Notes: generated from the sequence alone by a model not told the origin. A stretch of 63,877 nucleotides of DNA, filler included, from Octopus bimaculoides (GCF_001194135.2; 5 parts of 5 records of this genome joined end to end with filler, not necessarily neighbours in it), one strand, 5' to 3'; shown: positions 34,276 to 46,481, counted from the whole stretch's first letter. Numbers and translations are program-made.

Positions 34276-34784
34276 CAACAGTTACGATGGTATATCATGC
34301 GTGCGCGGTGTATCTTTTTGTCTGTGTTTGTACCCACACCGACTGATAGAATAAGTATTGGGAGCGATTCATTCGACTCAAAATTCTCCAAGGTGATGCC
34401 CCAACATGGCTGCAGTCTAATGACTGAAACAAGTAAAAGACAAGAAAGAAATTTGTCTCATCAGTGAACTCACAAAAATATTCGCATAAACTCACGTTCA
34501 AGCACGCACACAAACATCCGCACACGTGCACGTACACACACATCCACTTACATAAACACACCCACAATCATATAACACAATTAGATACTTCGAATTTTCC
34601 AAACTAATTGAAAACACTAAACAGACTTCCACTCGTTTGGAAAAATCTCCTGACTACCATAGACCCCATCCCCCGAACATTACTTATTCATTTCTATCTT
34701 CTTAGTACTATAACAATTCCAATGAATTTCAATCGGAACGAAACCACTGCACTGAAGTACACTGATTCGTTCAATTAACCGCTA

Positions 34785-34965
34785 TATACGTGGTGGTACT
34801 GAAAAGTTCCTGGTTTGGGGTAAAAGAAAATAGAGGAGGATCAGTTAATTATGGTTTCATTCAACATATTCCCCTCTCAGATTCACACACTTATTGCAGC
34901 GGCCCTCCAACCAAACCTTTCGCGACATCCTTAAAGCTAGGAACTTTTCAATACCCCCTCGTATA
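34785..34965. mobile_element. Tc1/mariner-type MITE
   Basis: TIRs TATACGTGGTGGTACTGAAAAGTTCCTGG / CTAGGAACTTTTCAATACCCCCTCGTATA with TA ends. Confidence 0.85.
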
Positions 34966-34997
34966 GTCTCTGCCTACATACATACGAGAAATTATGA

Positions 34998-35100
34998 TCT
35001 GGCTGTGTGGTAAGAAGCTTGCTTCCCAACCACATGGTTCCGGGTTCAGTTCCACTGCGTAGCACCTTTGGCACGTGCCTTCTACTATAGCCTCAGACCG
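34998..35100 (+). mobile_element. SINE family B, 5' head
   Basis: TGGCTGTGTGGTAAGAAGCTTGCTTCCCAACCACATGGTTCCGGGTTCAGTTCCACTGCG. Confidence 0.85.
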
Positions 35101-35488
35101 TATATACTAAAATAAGTATTAATTGAACATTGATGTCAATGGAAACGTCTTACCCCATCCCCGAAATTACTGACCTTGTGCCAAAATTTGAAATCATTAT
35201 TATTGTTACTGTTTTTCCGCTGAGGTTGACTTTACATTTCATCCTTTCGAAGTTGATGAAATAAGTATCAGTTGAGTACTGGAGTCGATAAAATTGACTA
35301 TCCCCATCTCAAATAAAGAAAACAAAATTTCAGACTTGTGCCTACGGCAGAAAGGATCGTTGTTGCTAGGTATTTGGTTTATCAGAATCGACAAGGCCTC
35401 GGTATTTAGATTTATTCATCCATTAAAACTCCGAATCCTCCTTACTCTTTTAGAAAAATACAGCAAGCATGCAGACTACAGAAGTATT

Positions 35489-36417
35489 GGTGCTGCAATA
35501 GTATGATATCCACCTTGTTATTTGCGACCTACTGTAAATGACAATGCACCCTACCCAACAACCTACTTACAGCCTTCAGCAATTAATTCTAGCCCATTTA
35601 GTTGTTCACACCAACACCATGCTGGCCAGAGATTTTTACAAAATAATCTGAAGTGAAGATGAAGCGGTGTTCTTTTTGACAGAGCACAATCTTATTGACC
35701 AGGTAGGAAAATGTGCCTTCTTGTCATAAATGCGGAACACAAATGCAAGAAACAAGAAAGAGGAATAGAACCAGAGAATTCCGGCCAATATTGAGATGTC
35801 CGAAAAAAATTAACTTTAGGGTGTCAAGTATATCGCTTAGTTCGGGAAAGAAATCAGTTTTTCCACTCTACTGACTGAAATGGGAAGATCAATAGCCGAT
35901 TGAGTGTGTGTGGAATTTTAGAATTAGTGTACTGTTTTATTCACGAAATCCCGATGAGTACTACAGTAACCTTTACTGGAAAGTCGCCGATAGACTAGTT
36001 TAATATTGTGTGGATCCGACATCAGGAGCTCATACACAAGCTATTGAGCGATTGTGGCTTGATGCCAAGATTGAAATACTCAAGAAAAAAGGGGCGTACC
36101 TACTCAACATTTTCAATCACATTTCGATCCTTATTGTTGGAAAGTGCACATGAAAAACGACGACCTGTTCACTGCGTTTTTTTTAATGATATCAGATCAG
36201 TTTACAAACATTAAAATCAATATTTGATGATTTTTTAAAATTTTGTATAATAAAGTGTTAAAGATTTTTAATAAATTTTACACTACAAACTGTTTATTAT
36301 GCTCCTTTCCTTTTGTAGAATAAATGTTTAATGATTTTTAACATATTTCATACTACCAACAGTTGATAGATATACTATAGTAGAAAATGGATGTTGATAT
36401 CATACTATAGTAGTACC
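35489..36417 (+). mobile_element. Merlin (IS1016/ISXO2-like) DNA transposon, internally deleted
   Basis: TIRs GGTGCTGCAATAGTATGATATC / GATATCATACTATAGTAGTACC; the 8-bp flanks GAAGTATT and GAAATATG match at 6 of 8. Translates as LRCPKK..GC..FF..LSVCGILELVYCF..ID*FN, joined directly to VDPTSGAHTQAIERLWLDAK..HFDPYCWK..DLFTAFFNDIRSVY*. Confidence 0.85.
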
Positions 36418-36421
36418 GAAA

Positions 36422-36632
36422 TATGGCTTTCAAATTTTGGTACAAGGCCAGAAATTTCGGGGATGGAGGTAAATCGATTACATCGATCTCAGTATTCAAC
36501 TGGTACTTATTTTATCGAAAGGATGATAGGCATATTCGACCTCGGCGGAATTTGAACTCGGAACGTAAAGACGGACGAAATGCTACAAAACATTTGGCCC
36601 GGCGTGATAACGATCCCGCCAGCTCACCGCCT
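36422..36632 (-). mobile_element. SINE family A
   Basis: CAAATTTTGGTACAAGGCCAG..GACCTCGGCGGAATTTGAACTCGGAACGTAAAGAC..CCAGCTCACCGCCTT. Confidence 0.88.
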
Positions 36633-36909
36633 TCAAAAGTATATAAATATTAATTTTTACTCACCATATCTTCCTACACACCCAAACATATATACTCCCC
36701 CATTTAGCTCTATTCATACCGCAACAATTAGCGCCCACGCTTGCCTTAAACGATTTGCTATTTTCCCAAAAGTGATAGTAGCTATAAAGCAGATGTCATC
36801 TCCATATAGTGACGTAATAGACAGTGTACTGCATTCATTTTCAAGTGGCCTTCTTTATGACCGTGAAGAGACTTCGACTTTAAAACCTTTAAGCTTTTGA
36901 AGCATACAA

Positions 36910-37165
36910 CTAAACCTGGTAGTGCGTTGTGTTCTTGAGCAAGACTCTTTATTTAATGTTGCTCTAGTCCACTCAGCTGGCAAAAATGAGTTGTACCTAT
37001 ATTCTAAAGGTTATACTCTGTGTCAAGCTGAATCGCTCTGAGAATCACGTAAAGGGCATGCGTATTTATAGGGTGCTCGGTTACTCGCACCTTAATTTCA
37101 CGAGAAAGCTGTTCCATTGATCGGATCAACTGGAACACTCCTCGTCGTAACTAACGGAGAGCCAG
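36910..37165 (+). mobile_element. SINE family D, 5'-truncated
   Basis: Core TTGAGCAAGAC..GTTGCTCTAGTCCACTCAGCTGGCAAAAATGAGTTGTACC. The tail TTAATTTCACGAG..CTGTTCC..GATCGGATCAACTGGAAC..CTCGTCGTAAC is shared with 62965-63347. Confidence 0.75.
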
Positions 37166-37484
37166 ATGAAAAAGTAAAAATAAACAATGCTTCGTTAACA
37201 TTCGTTAGTTAGGTATTGTATCTCCATTACATGTACACGGACTGAGACAGTGGCTTTACGTATATTTTCTAAGTACATGTACGTTTTGGCAAGATACAGC
37301 CCTCGATCATCATTTTTTTTTTTAGCAAGTAGCAGATGTTAAATCCACTCACTATGACATCTCAACAATAAGGGAGCATCTACACAGTAGTTCGATCTGT
37401 TAGAAATAACTGACAAATCGTTCTCAACTCACACATTAGAGTAAGGATACATTAAATAGGGTCAACTTTAGATATAGCTGCAGG

Positions 37485-37778
37485 CGTGACTGTGTGTTTA
37501 TAAGCTTGCCTCCCCTCCACATAGTTCCGGGTTCAGTCCCTCTCACTGCGCGGCATCTTGAGCAAGTGTTTTCTACTACAGTCCTGAGTCGACAAAAGGC
37601 TTACGAATGGATTTGGTTGACGGAAACTGAAACAATTCCATCATATTTGTATGTGTGTTGGTTTGATTACATCCCCTTAACTTAACGGTTCATCACAAGA
37701 TGCCGATAGAATCAGTAGCAGGCCTTAAAAAATAAGTACACGGCAGCAGTCCAATGACTGAAACATGTTAAAGATAAA
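37485..37778 (+). mobile_element. SINE family B, diverged and internally deleted
   Basis: GACTGTGTGTTTATAAGCTTGCC..TTCCGGGTTCAGTCCC..TTGAGCAAGTG..TGGATTTGGTTGACGGAAACTGAAA..AATGACTGAAAC. Confidence 0.75.
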
Positions 37779-38187
37779 ATTCAAATACTCCGAATTAAAT
37801 ATTGGACAGTTATAGCTGGAACTCTTTTGATTATTGGGCCCACAAGACAGGGAAAGCTTAGCGACATTCTAGGACCCCAAGGCAAAGCAACGTACAGAGG
37901 AATATAAAATTTTTTTGTTGGGTGTGTGTAGGAAATTTGATCATATTTCGCATTCAGCACGCTGCTGTATTTTCCTAAAAGTGCAAGGAGGATGCAAATT
38001 TTAAGGGATGGAAAATACTTAGGGATGGAATTTAAGGGATGGAACATACTAACTACCGAGAACCTGCCGACTCTGATAAACCGAACATCTAACAATTATA
38101 ACAATTCTTTCTAATTTTAACACACGGCCGTAACTAAATACCGCAAAAGTTTTTTCTACCAACGATGTAATGAATCTGAACGTGACA

Positions 38188-39052
38188 TGTACAGGTTGCT
38201 TTTCAGATGTTTTGAGACTTTTTTAGGAGAAGCATTTATAATTGTTCTGTATTATTGTAATTTTAGTCTATTACTACTATACATCTAATAAGCTGACCTT
38301 TCTTATTCCAGATTGAAGGAGACGGCTTTAGCAGCACGTCGAACACACGCCCTACTAAACACACTTCGAATACACCCTATTAAACACTGCTTGTCTCAGC
38401 CAACTAGTTTTCAGAATGCAGTTGGAACACTTGCAAGCTCGCTATGCAATAAAACTTCGTGTTAAACTGGGTAAAAGCACTACAGAAACTTATGAAATGC
38501 ACCAGCTTGCTTATGGATAAACCTTTTCGGTAGCACAAGAGGTTCAAGGACGGTGGAGAGGCGGTAAGAGGGTGTAGATGTGACAGGGACGTCAGAACAT
38601 CAAAACTGGTTGAGAAAATTCGCAATATCCTGGATGAAGACCGACGTGTGTCTATAAAGACAATAAGCGTACAGTTTGGAGTTGGTGTAACAATTGCACA
38701 TAGAATTCTTCATGAAAATGTGAACATGCGCAAAATTTGTGTAAAGTTTCTTCTCAGGGTGCTCAGTGACGAGCATTTTGGTAACCAACTACTTGACAGA
38801 GATGGGCATCGAAACTGCCCGTCACTCACCCTACTATCCAGACCTTGCTCCTTGTGACTTTTGGTTGTTCCCCAAGCTGAAGGAGACACTCGGGGCCAGT
38901 CGTTTTTAAGATAAACGAGGCTGTGGCAAGGGATCTTAACAAAACGGCTGGGGTGCTACAAGTGCAGTCAAGTCAGAGGATCCTACTCTAAAAGAGATTA
39001 GTTTTGGCCCTCTTTGAAAAAGTTTGAAAACTTCTGGAATGCACTTTGCATA
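38188..39052 (+). mobile_element. mariner relic of a different subfamily, catalytic core deleted
   Basis: N-terminus QARYAIKLRVKLGKSTTETYEM..AYG..WHKRFKDG..RRVSIKTI..HRILHENVNMRKICVKF, joined to PYYPDLAPCDFWLFPKLKE. Degenerate TIRs lie at both ends. Confidence 0.85.
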
Positions 39053-39209
39053 ATAGATAGTATCTACATATGTTCTCATCTATTTTTAATTATTTGAAAT
39101 CTTTCTCTAAAGAAAGAGTTAATTTCTAACAAAGATACACAGCTCCACCGGTGGGACGCAGATAATAAAAATAAACTCACATTTTGAACCTGATAAAGCT
39201 TTGCAAATA

Positions 39210-39487
39210 TGTATGTATTTACGTATGTATGTATGTATGTATGTATGTATGTATGTATGCATGTATGTATATATCTATGTATGTATATATGTATGTATGT
39301 ATGTATGCATGTATGTATGTATGTATGTATGTATGTATGTATGTATGCATGCATGCATGCATGTATGTATGCATGTATGTATGCATGTATGTATGCATGT
39401 ACGTATTATCGTGTATGTGTATATATATCTATTTATGTATGCGTATATTTATATATATATATATAGACACGCATTCACACACACGCA

Positions 39488-39581
<94 letters not shown>

Positions 39582-39590
39582 CATACATTC
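39210..39590. repeat. compound (TATG)n-(TA)n-(CA)n microsatellite
   Basis: Directly visible. Confidence 0.97.
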
Positions 39591-40049
39591 ACAGTGGGAA
39601 TTAAGTAACTGCGAATTCAAGATGCTGTATTTTAGTGACCCGTATAAAAATTAGAGAAATAGGGAAGCAAGTAGGTAATGGATATGTGAAGAAGAGAGAG
39701 GTTCAGAAGAAAGCGGTCTTGTTTTGTATACAGAAAACAGAGTTCTATTATTATCTAGGAATTGGCCATATTCGGTGCATAGAAAAGGTGTTAGTAGAAA
39801 TTATATACAGTGAGCCCTAGCTAAACTACGAGTGCTCAAGAAATACAATAGAATTACTGATAGACTGTCTTGAAGGAATGACTTTATAATACGTAGTAGT
39901 TGTACAAGAGTGCTTAGCAGCCAGAGTGGCATGAAATCTTTCAAATACCCAGAAGGCTGCCAAGAAATAATTAGCTGCTCGTAACCTCGGTGACTTAATC
40001 TGCAATGAGACGGAGAAAGTGTTGCGAAAATATAATAAAAAAATCAGGT

Positions 40050-41255
40050 GGAAAAGTTCGGAGAGCTATTATATCGGCTGGTAACAAAAGGATTTCTTTT
40101 CTGATCGAATGTGGATAGTATAATGTTTATGTGCGAAGTGCGACATTGCATGGTTGTGAAATATAGCTGTTAAATGCGGAGTTGTACGAGAATTGCAGAG
40201 AAATGGAACGAGCATGCTCCATTAGATGTGAAATGTTAGTGGGCATACCTACACAAGTGCTCCCCCCAACCGACTTTATTTCCTCATAACTTTCAGAAAA
40301 ACGAATATTTCTAATGAAATTTTCAATAAATGCGCTTCAAATGGTGTAGATTCCGATTATATTGGAATTTATTGCGAAAAATATTTCCGGAAGTGGAGAG
40401 AAGAGTTTAGAAAAATTAACACGAGTCAGCTTTGTTTACTCATAACTGAAAAAGAAGGGAGTTTTAATGAAATTTTCTACAAATATCTTTCAGAGTGTGT
40501 AGATTACGATTATATTAGAATTTAATGTGAAACAAAATGGTGGGCATGAATACATACATACTGACACACATTACAATTCTAGTTTTCTTTCAAACTTTCA
40601 GGTTTCATTTCGTGATATGTGTCAGTATGTATGTGTGCACGCCCAGCAATTATCTTTTCATTTCAAATTCCAATATAATCGTAACCTACACACTCAGAAA
40701 GGCATTTGTAGAAAATTTCATTAAAAATACCAATTTTTCTGAAAGTTATGAGGAAACAAAGCTAAGTCATGTGAATTTACGAAACTCCTCACTTCATCCT
40801 TGGAAAAAAATTTTACTACAAATTTCGGATTCTACACCATCTAAAGCGTATTCGTAGAACATTTCATTAAAAGAAAATCCATTTTTTTGGAAGTTATGAG
40901 AAAACAAAGTCGATGGGACACACTTATGTTAGGTATACCTGTTAGTGCACATGAACGATGGAGTATAGTTGAGTTGAAGGAAAACTGAGTTTTAGAGAAA
41001 TCTGTTTTAGTGTGCAAATGAGAAGACTATGCTGGTAAAGACTAAGATGTGTTTGGAAGATGACGTTTGAGTAAGGAAGTACCAAGCGATCCAAACTGAA
41101 AGAATCTGCAGAATGGGATGATGGGAAGAAGTAGTAGAGTCTGATCTCAGAAGAGGAAACGGAGATGACGATGGATCACAGTTAATGGCCACGAACTGTG
41201 ATGAAAAAGTCCCGTCCAACCCGTGCATGCATAGAAATACGGGCGTAAAAGGATA
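40050..41255 (+). mobile_element. RTE-clade LINE 3' end, interrupted by a foldback element at 40242-40939
   Basis: Broken frames read EKFGELLYRLVTKG..VRSATLHGCE..SML..NVS[insertion]AHER..; the 3' end is GTCCCGTCCAACCCGTGCATGCATAG. A weaker upstream piece lies at about 39700-39900. Confidence 0.85.
40242..40939. mobile_element. foldback non-autonomous DNA transposon, GG termini, perfect 8-bp TSD (Merlin-like)
   Basis: Ends GGCATACCT..AGGTATACC. TSD TGTTAGTG at 40234-40241 and 40940-40947. Each arm has two ~155-bp subunits (GACTTTGTTTCCTCATAACTT..ATGAAATTTTCTACAAAT..GTAGATT.CGATTATATT.GAATTT), mirrored. Confidence 0.9.
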
Positions 41256-41428
41256 TTGGTATAAATACACATACACACATGTATATACACATACAATCCT
41301 ACTGCATATAAATGTAAATATGTGTCTGTGTGAGTGTGCGTACACATACACGCACATACTTTCACGTGCATACACATATGCATACATGCCCACATGTACA
41401 CGCATGTATATAATCGTGTGCGTGTATG

Positions 41429-41475
<47 letters not shown>

Positions 41476-43149
41476 CATGCACGCACACGCACACGCACAC
41501 TTACGCGCACACACATGCATACACATATTCGCGTGCGCGTGTTTTAAATTGCTTATGTCAGTGACCCATCATTTGCTTTGTGTTACTTCTTTAACAACGA
41601 ATAAAGGTTAGTAAATGAGAAACTGAGTTTTTTGAACAGCATAGAAAAACGACCGCTCGTGCAACAGTTCATAAAAACATTGCTTAAATTATCTGACGAA
41701 AATATTTTAAGGTAGAATAGTACAATATAGGTCAGTATATTTTATTTATTGAACAGCTGTCAACCAAGTAAACATTTGTGCAAGTATGAGTGTCCTTTAC
41801 TTTTTATTTATATCTTATTCTTCTAACCAAGAACATGAACCAGTAACTCATGATAGTAACACTATATGTTAAGTTACGTAATAGCAATGCTGTTTGGGAA
41901 CTAATAGCAAATAGCGATGGGAAAAAATTGTTTATCAGCGAAAATTTTAAGAAATTTCTAGTCACAACGAGTGCCTTGTTTTTATGTTTCTAATGGAAAG
42001 AGGAAGCAGTCAACGGAAGAAACCATTTCACAGTGAAAACTAGATCAACGCAACGTCTGACAATTGCAACTGATGGAGAGTGTTGTTGTTTAACCGAACG
42101 ATAGCTCAAATCGAGCTGGTTTGTTATAAAGGCGTTTCATCTCTGACCATCTCATCTTTTTTGTATAACAGGGACTGTATTATCCTCAGTATCTTTTTCT
42201 TAACGGTAAGGTGTGATTTAGAGGAAATTTTGCTGTAGTTTTATGGCAGGTCCGGCGATAGCATAGAAGCTCTTTGATAGGCCTGTTGTTTCTATCGTTT
42301 CGTTCATGCTGTGTTTATTTTATATTATATTTGCAAGTTCATCGACTTCTAGGTCCTCTAAGCAGTTAATAGGCTCCATCAGCAGCAGCGCCATTAATCC
42401 ATTGACTGTGCTATATATCTAATGTAATTCACGGAACATAATACCCTAGCGTCTATGTATCATATATTATACACATTCCCAAGTTTTTTCAATCACCAGA
42501 ATAACTTCAGACTTTAGAAAGGAAAGCTCTATATTATTCAGAACGTATGAAACAAGGGCTTTGCTAAAGATGGACGTTGAGAACAAACTTATGAAAAGTT
42601 TTGGACAGATAAAGAGTTAATTCATTACTGTAAAGCAGTCGACTTAGCGAATAAAAGACGAGTATTTTCCTTTGCTAGAAGTACTGAGTTCGAAAGCTGT
42701 CGTGGGTGCAATTAGATTTCATTTATTGTACGAGAATAATGTATGTGCGAAACCGATTCAACAAAATACAAAGCATCCAGTCAAGGGATCAGTGGTTCGT
42801 ATCGTATCACGATCAAGCCACAATTCACAAATAACTAGTCGTAGAATAGAACAGGTACGACTAGTGTCTCCGAGAGGACATTTAAAAAGGTGAAATAAGA
42901 CTGCTTTCACCCCTTTTCCGGGAGCCTCTTAAAATTCTTCGGAGCTTTTTACCCACTTCTCTTTTTAAGATAGGGACTCATCTGCTATTCACAAGTCCCT
43001 TCTTGATTCTTCTATCCGTAACCAATGTACTGGCTAAACTGCCCTTTTATAAACCTAGGTGGAAGTTTGTCATTTTAGAGGTGCTTGACTTGTTTTTATC
43101 TTCTTTGTTATTAGGTAAGTTGTCAGGCAGCTGTGGCTGAGCCCAGGTT

Positions 43150-44058
43150 GGCATGCCTCTGCACGTGCACCCTCACCCATCGACTTCGTTTCCTCATAAC
43201 TTTCAGACAAAAAAATGGGTATTTTTTAATAAAATGTTCTACACATACACTTCAGATGCTGAAGATTCTGATTACATCGGAATTTGTGGTGAAAAAGAAA
43301 TTTTTTTTTCCGTGGATGGGATGAGGAAAATTCACACAAGTCGACTTTCTTTACTCATAACTTCCAGAAAAATGAGAATTTTTTAATGAAATTTTCTATA
43401 AATATCTTTCAGAGTGTGTAGATTATGATTATATCTTAATTTCAAATGAAAAAAAAAAAAAAAATTGGTGGGCTCGTACACTTATATACAGACACACATC
43501 ACATATATCTATTAAATGAAGCTTGAAATATCGGAAAAAATTGTGATGTGTGCAGCACGCCGGACGAAGCGCTTAGCGGTATTTCGTATGTCGCTACGTT
43601 CTGGGTTCAAATTCCACTGAGGTCGACTTGGCCTTTCATCCTTCTGGGGTCGATTAAATAAATACCAGTCACGCACTGGAGTCGATGTAATCGACCTAAT
43701 CCCTTCTCCCAAATTTTAGGCCTTGTGCCTATAGTAGAAAGGATTATTATTATAATTTTTTTCTTCCCACCAAATTCCGATATAATCATAATTTTCACAC
43801 TCTGGAAAATATTTGTAGAAAATTTCATTAAAAAATACTCAGTTTCCTGAAAGCTATGAGGAAATGAAGCTGACTCGTGTAAATTTTCCCAAACTCCTCT
43901 TCCCACCCTCAGGGAAAAAAATTTCACAATACCAGCAAATCGCAGTCTACTACATCTGAAGCATATTTATAAAAAATTTCATTGAAAAAGATTCAATTTT
44001 CTGGAAGTTATGACGAAACAAAGTCCGGGGTAGGGGGCCACACATTTGTAGGTATGTC
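43150..44058. mobile_element. second full copy of the GG-ended foldback family, with SINE A inserted near the centre
   Basis: Ends GGCATGCCT..AGGTATGTC. TSD CCCAGGTT at 43142-43149 and 44059-44066. Same subunit structure as 40242-40939. Confidence 0.9.
43550..43745 (+). mobile_element. SINE family A nested in the foldback element
   Basis: GCACGCCGGACGAAGCGCTTAGCGG..GTTCTGGGTTCAAATTCC..GCCTTGTGCCTATAGTAGAAAGGATTATT. Confidence 0.88.
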
Positions 44059-44253
44059 CCCAGGTTTAAGCCTCCTTGCAGTTTTCAGCCCACTTTACTT
44101 TGACCGTTAATAACTACCGTTAAAGAAACGAGCATGAATATCATCATCATAGTTCCCGTTACGTCTCCAGGGCGTAAAAGATATTTTCACCAACGTACCA
44201 ATATTATTGTGTATGTATGTGCATATCTATCTATCTATTTATCTATCTATCTA

Positions 44254-44292
<39 letters not shown>

Positions 44293-44301
44293 TGGCTGGC
44301 T

Positions 44302-44344
<43 letters not shown>

Positions 44345-44350
<6 letters not shown>

Positions 44351-44425
44351 TCATCATCATTTAACGTCCGTTTTCCATATTGGCATGGGTTGGACGGTTT
44401 AAAAACTGGTAAGCTGCACCAGGTT
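44345..44425 (-). mobile_element. SINE C / RTE 3' tail fragment
   Basis: CATCATCATTTAACGTCCGTTTTCCATATTGGCATGGGTTGGACGG. Confidence 0.8.
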
Positions 44426-44477
44426 CCGATCTATACATACATACATATACATACATACATATCAAATGTATACAAGA

Positions 44478-44855
44478 GTGGCTGTGTAGTAAGAAGCTTG
44501 CTTCCCAACCACATGGTTCCGGGTTCAGTCCCACAGCGTAGCGCCTTGAACAAGTGTCTTCTACTATAACCTCGGGCCGACCAAAGCCTTGTGAGTGGAT
44601 TTGGTAGACGGAAACTAAAAGAAATCCGTCGTATATGTGTGTGTGTGTGTGTGTCTGTGTTTGTCCCCGCACCACCGCTTGACAACCGATGTTGGTGTGT
44701 TTACGTCCCCGTAACTTAGCGATTCGGCAAAAGAGACCGATAAAATAAGTACTAGGCTTACAAAGAATAAGTTCTGTGATCGATTTTGTTTGACTAAAGG
44801 CGGTGCTCCAGCATGGCCGTAGTCAAATGACTGAAACAAGTAAAAGAATAAAAGA
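44478..44855 (+). mobile_element. SINE family B, full length, low divergence
   Basis: GTGGCTGTGTAGTAAGAAGC head, GTTCCGGGTTCAGTCCC B-box-like motif, CTTGAACAAGTGTCTTCTAC, internal (TG)n, and the tail GGCGGTGCTCCAGCATGGCCGTAGTCAAATGACTGAAACAAGTAAAAG. Confidence 0.92.
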
Positions 44856-45017
44856 ATATATATAATTTAAACAAATCATGGATACTCTGGGTTGCATCTT
44901 GAATGATGTTCCTGGGGCTACGTGCCTGGTGTGTGCGTGTGTGTATGTTTGAGAGAGAAAGAAAGAGAGAGAGAATTTGTGTAAAATAGTTTAGAATTAA
45001 ATTAAATTGTTACTTAC

Positions 45018-45295
45018 GTCGCGTTTAAACCGTCGTTCATTATTTGATGTTTCGGCTTAGGAGAGATGTAGAGATTCGCTGGGCGCGACCTGCGTCTCTG
45101 AGAAAAAGCCGAACCAGTGGATACTTTCCTCCTGTACAATGATGAATTATTATCTTCATTAACTGTTATTTGAGAAGTGTCACCCGAAACTGCTAATTGC
45201 GACATTTTGTTAGTATTAACATCTACGCACTCCGTGTAATTAGGACAAGTTTTCATATTGTTCCGCATGTTTTGGGTAATTGCAAGTGTAGACAT
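45018..45295 (-). CDS. probable first coding exon of an unidentified gene (basic, docking-motif-like segment)
   Basis: Stop-free frame MSTLAITQNM..RRKVSTGSAFSQRRRSRPANLYISPKPKHQIMNDGLNA(T) in unique sequence. It ends exactly at a consensus donor AC|GTAAGTA (45017), and no good acceptor lies upstream. Confidence 0.65.
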
Positions 45296-45457
45296 GAAAG
45301 AATTATTTGACAACCAGAAAATATAAAATTATGACAATTATAAACAAAGAAACGTGTTTGCTATCAGGAATCAGTACTGTATGATAATAAATATGAAAGA
45401 AATAATATACAGCCTGTTGCACGTCTTCACGAACTCTGCTACTAAGTAGAAATGAAT

Positions 45458-45512
45458 GAATATATAGAGGGTGACAAAATGTCTTTTTTTTTAATGTGAC
45501 AAGTGACGTCAC
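45458..45512 (-). promoter_or_regulatory. candidate core promoter: palindromic CRE plus TATA-like box
   Basis: GTGACGTCAC at 45503-45512. TATATA lies on the - strand at about 45461-45466, roughly 170 bp upstream of the ATG at 45295. Confidence 0.45.
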
Positions 45513-46024
45513 ATACTTAGCTTCCCCCACCATCCCCGCATTAAAGCTATAGTCACTCTTAGTACTAAACATTCCTTTGATTTCCTCCATTTTCTCCTAA
45601 TCTCTCTTTCTCATTCATTCTTTCTTTCTTTCTACTTCCCTCTCACGCCCCCTCTCTTTCTTTCTTTCTTTCTTTCTTTCTTTCATTCTTTCTTTCATTC
45701 TTCTCTCTCTCTCTCTGTGCCCCTCTATTTGTTTAGTTACCACACCCTACATATATTATCTGTTCGCTTATCTATATATAGATACAAAACAATTTGCCTA
45801 CGAAGGTGCCATGTGGTTGCTCGCCCTACTAAAAACAGAAGTGTAATGTCTCTCAAACTTCACTCTTAAAAACGGAAGGGCATATTATATAATGTAGTCC
45901 CTGATATACGAAATGACAGGAAGGCCACAGCTCGTTCACCTTTTGAATATAGAGGTGCTTTGATCAAATTTCGCCTGGGTTAAGATACAAAAACAGCGAA
46001 AATTTACCACAATACAGCTTAATA

Positions 46025-46027
46025 GCA

Positions 46028-46087
<60 letters not shown>

Positions 46088-46195
46088 AGGTTAGCTAGCT
46101 AGTTACTAGCTGTCTGCTGCCTGTTCATCTATCTATCTGTCTGTCTGTCTGCTTATCTGTCTGTCTGTTTGTCTGTCTGTTTGTCTGTCTGTTTG

Positions 46196-46260
<65 letters not shown>

Positions 46261-46442
46261 TTGTCTGTCTGTCTGTCTGTCTGTCTTCTATCTGTCTGTG
46301 TCAATCTATCTATCTCATTGTCTCTCTCTCTCTNNNNNNNNNNTCTCTCTCTCTCTCTCTTTCTCTCTCTCTCCCTCTCAGTAAAGGAGATTTTTGACTG
46401 AGTTGGAACTGAAAGGAAATACACACACGCACACACACACAT

Positions 46443-46481
<39 letters not shown>

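Noticed and set aside
35580-35660. Apparent - strand exon with a GTAAGT donor
   Set aside because: It lies inside the Merlin element, and its peptide resembles nothing.
37781-38095. 104-aa - strand ORF
   Set aside because: It has no recognisable motif or splice signals and includes a short AAGGGATGGAA triplication. It is probably a chance ORF.
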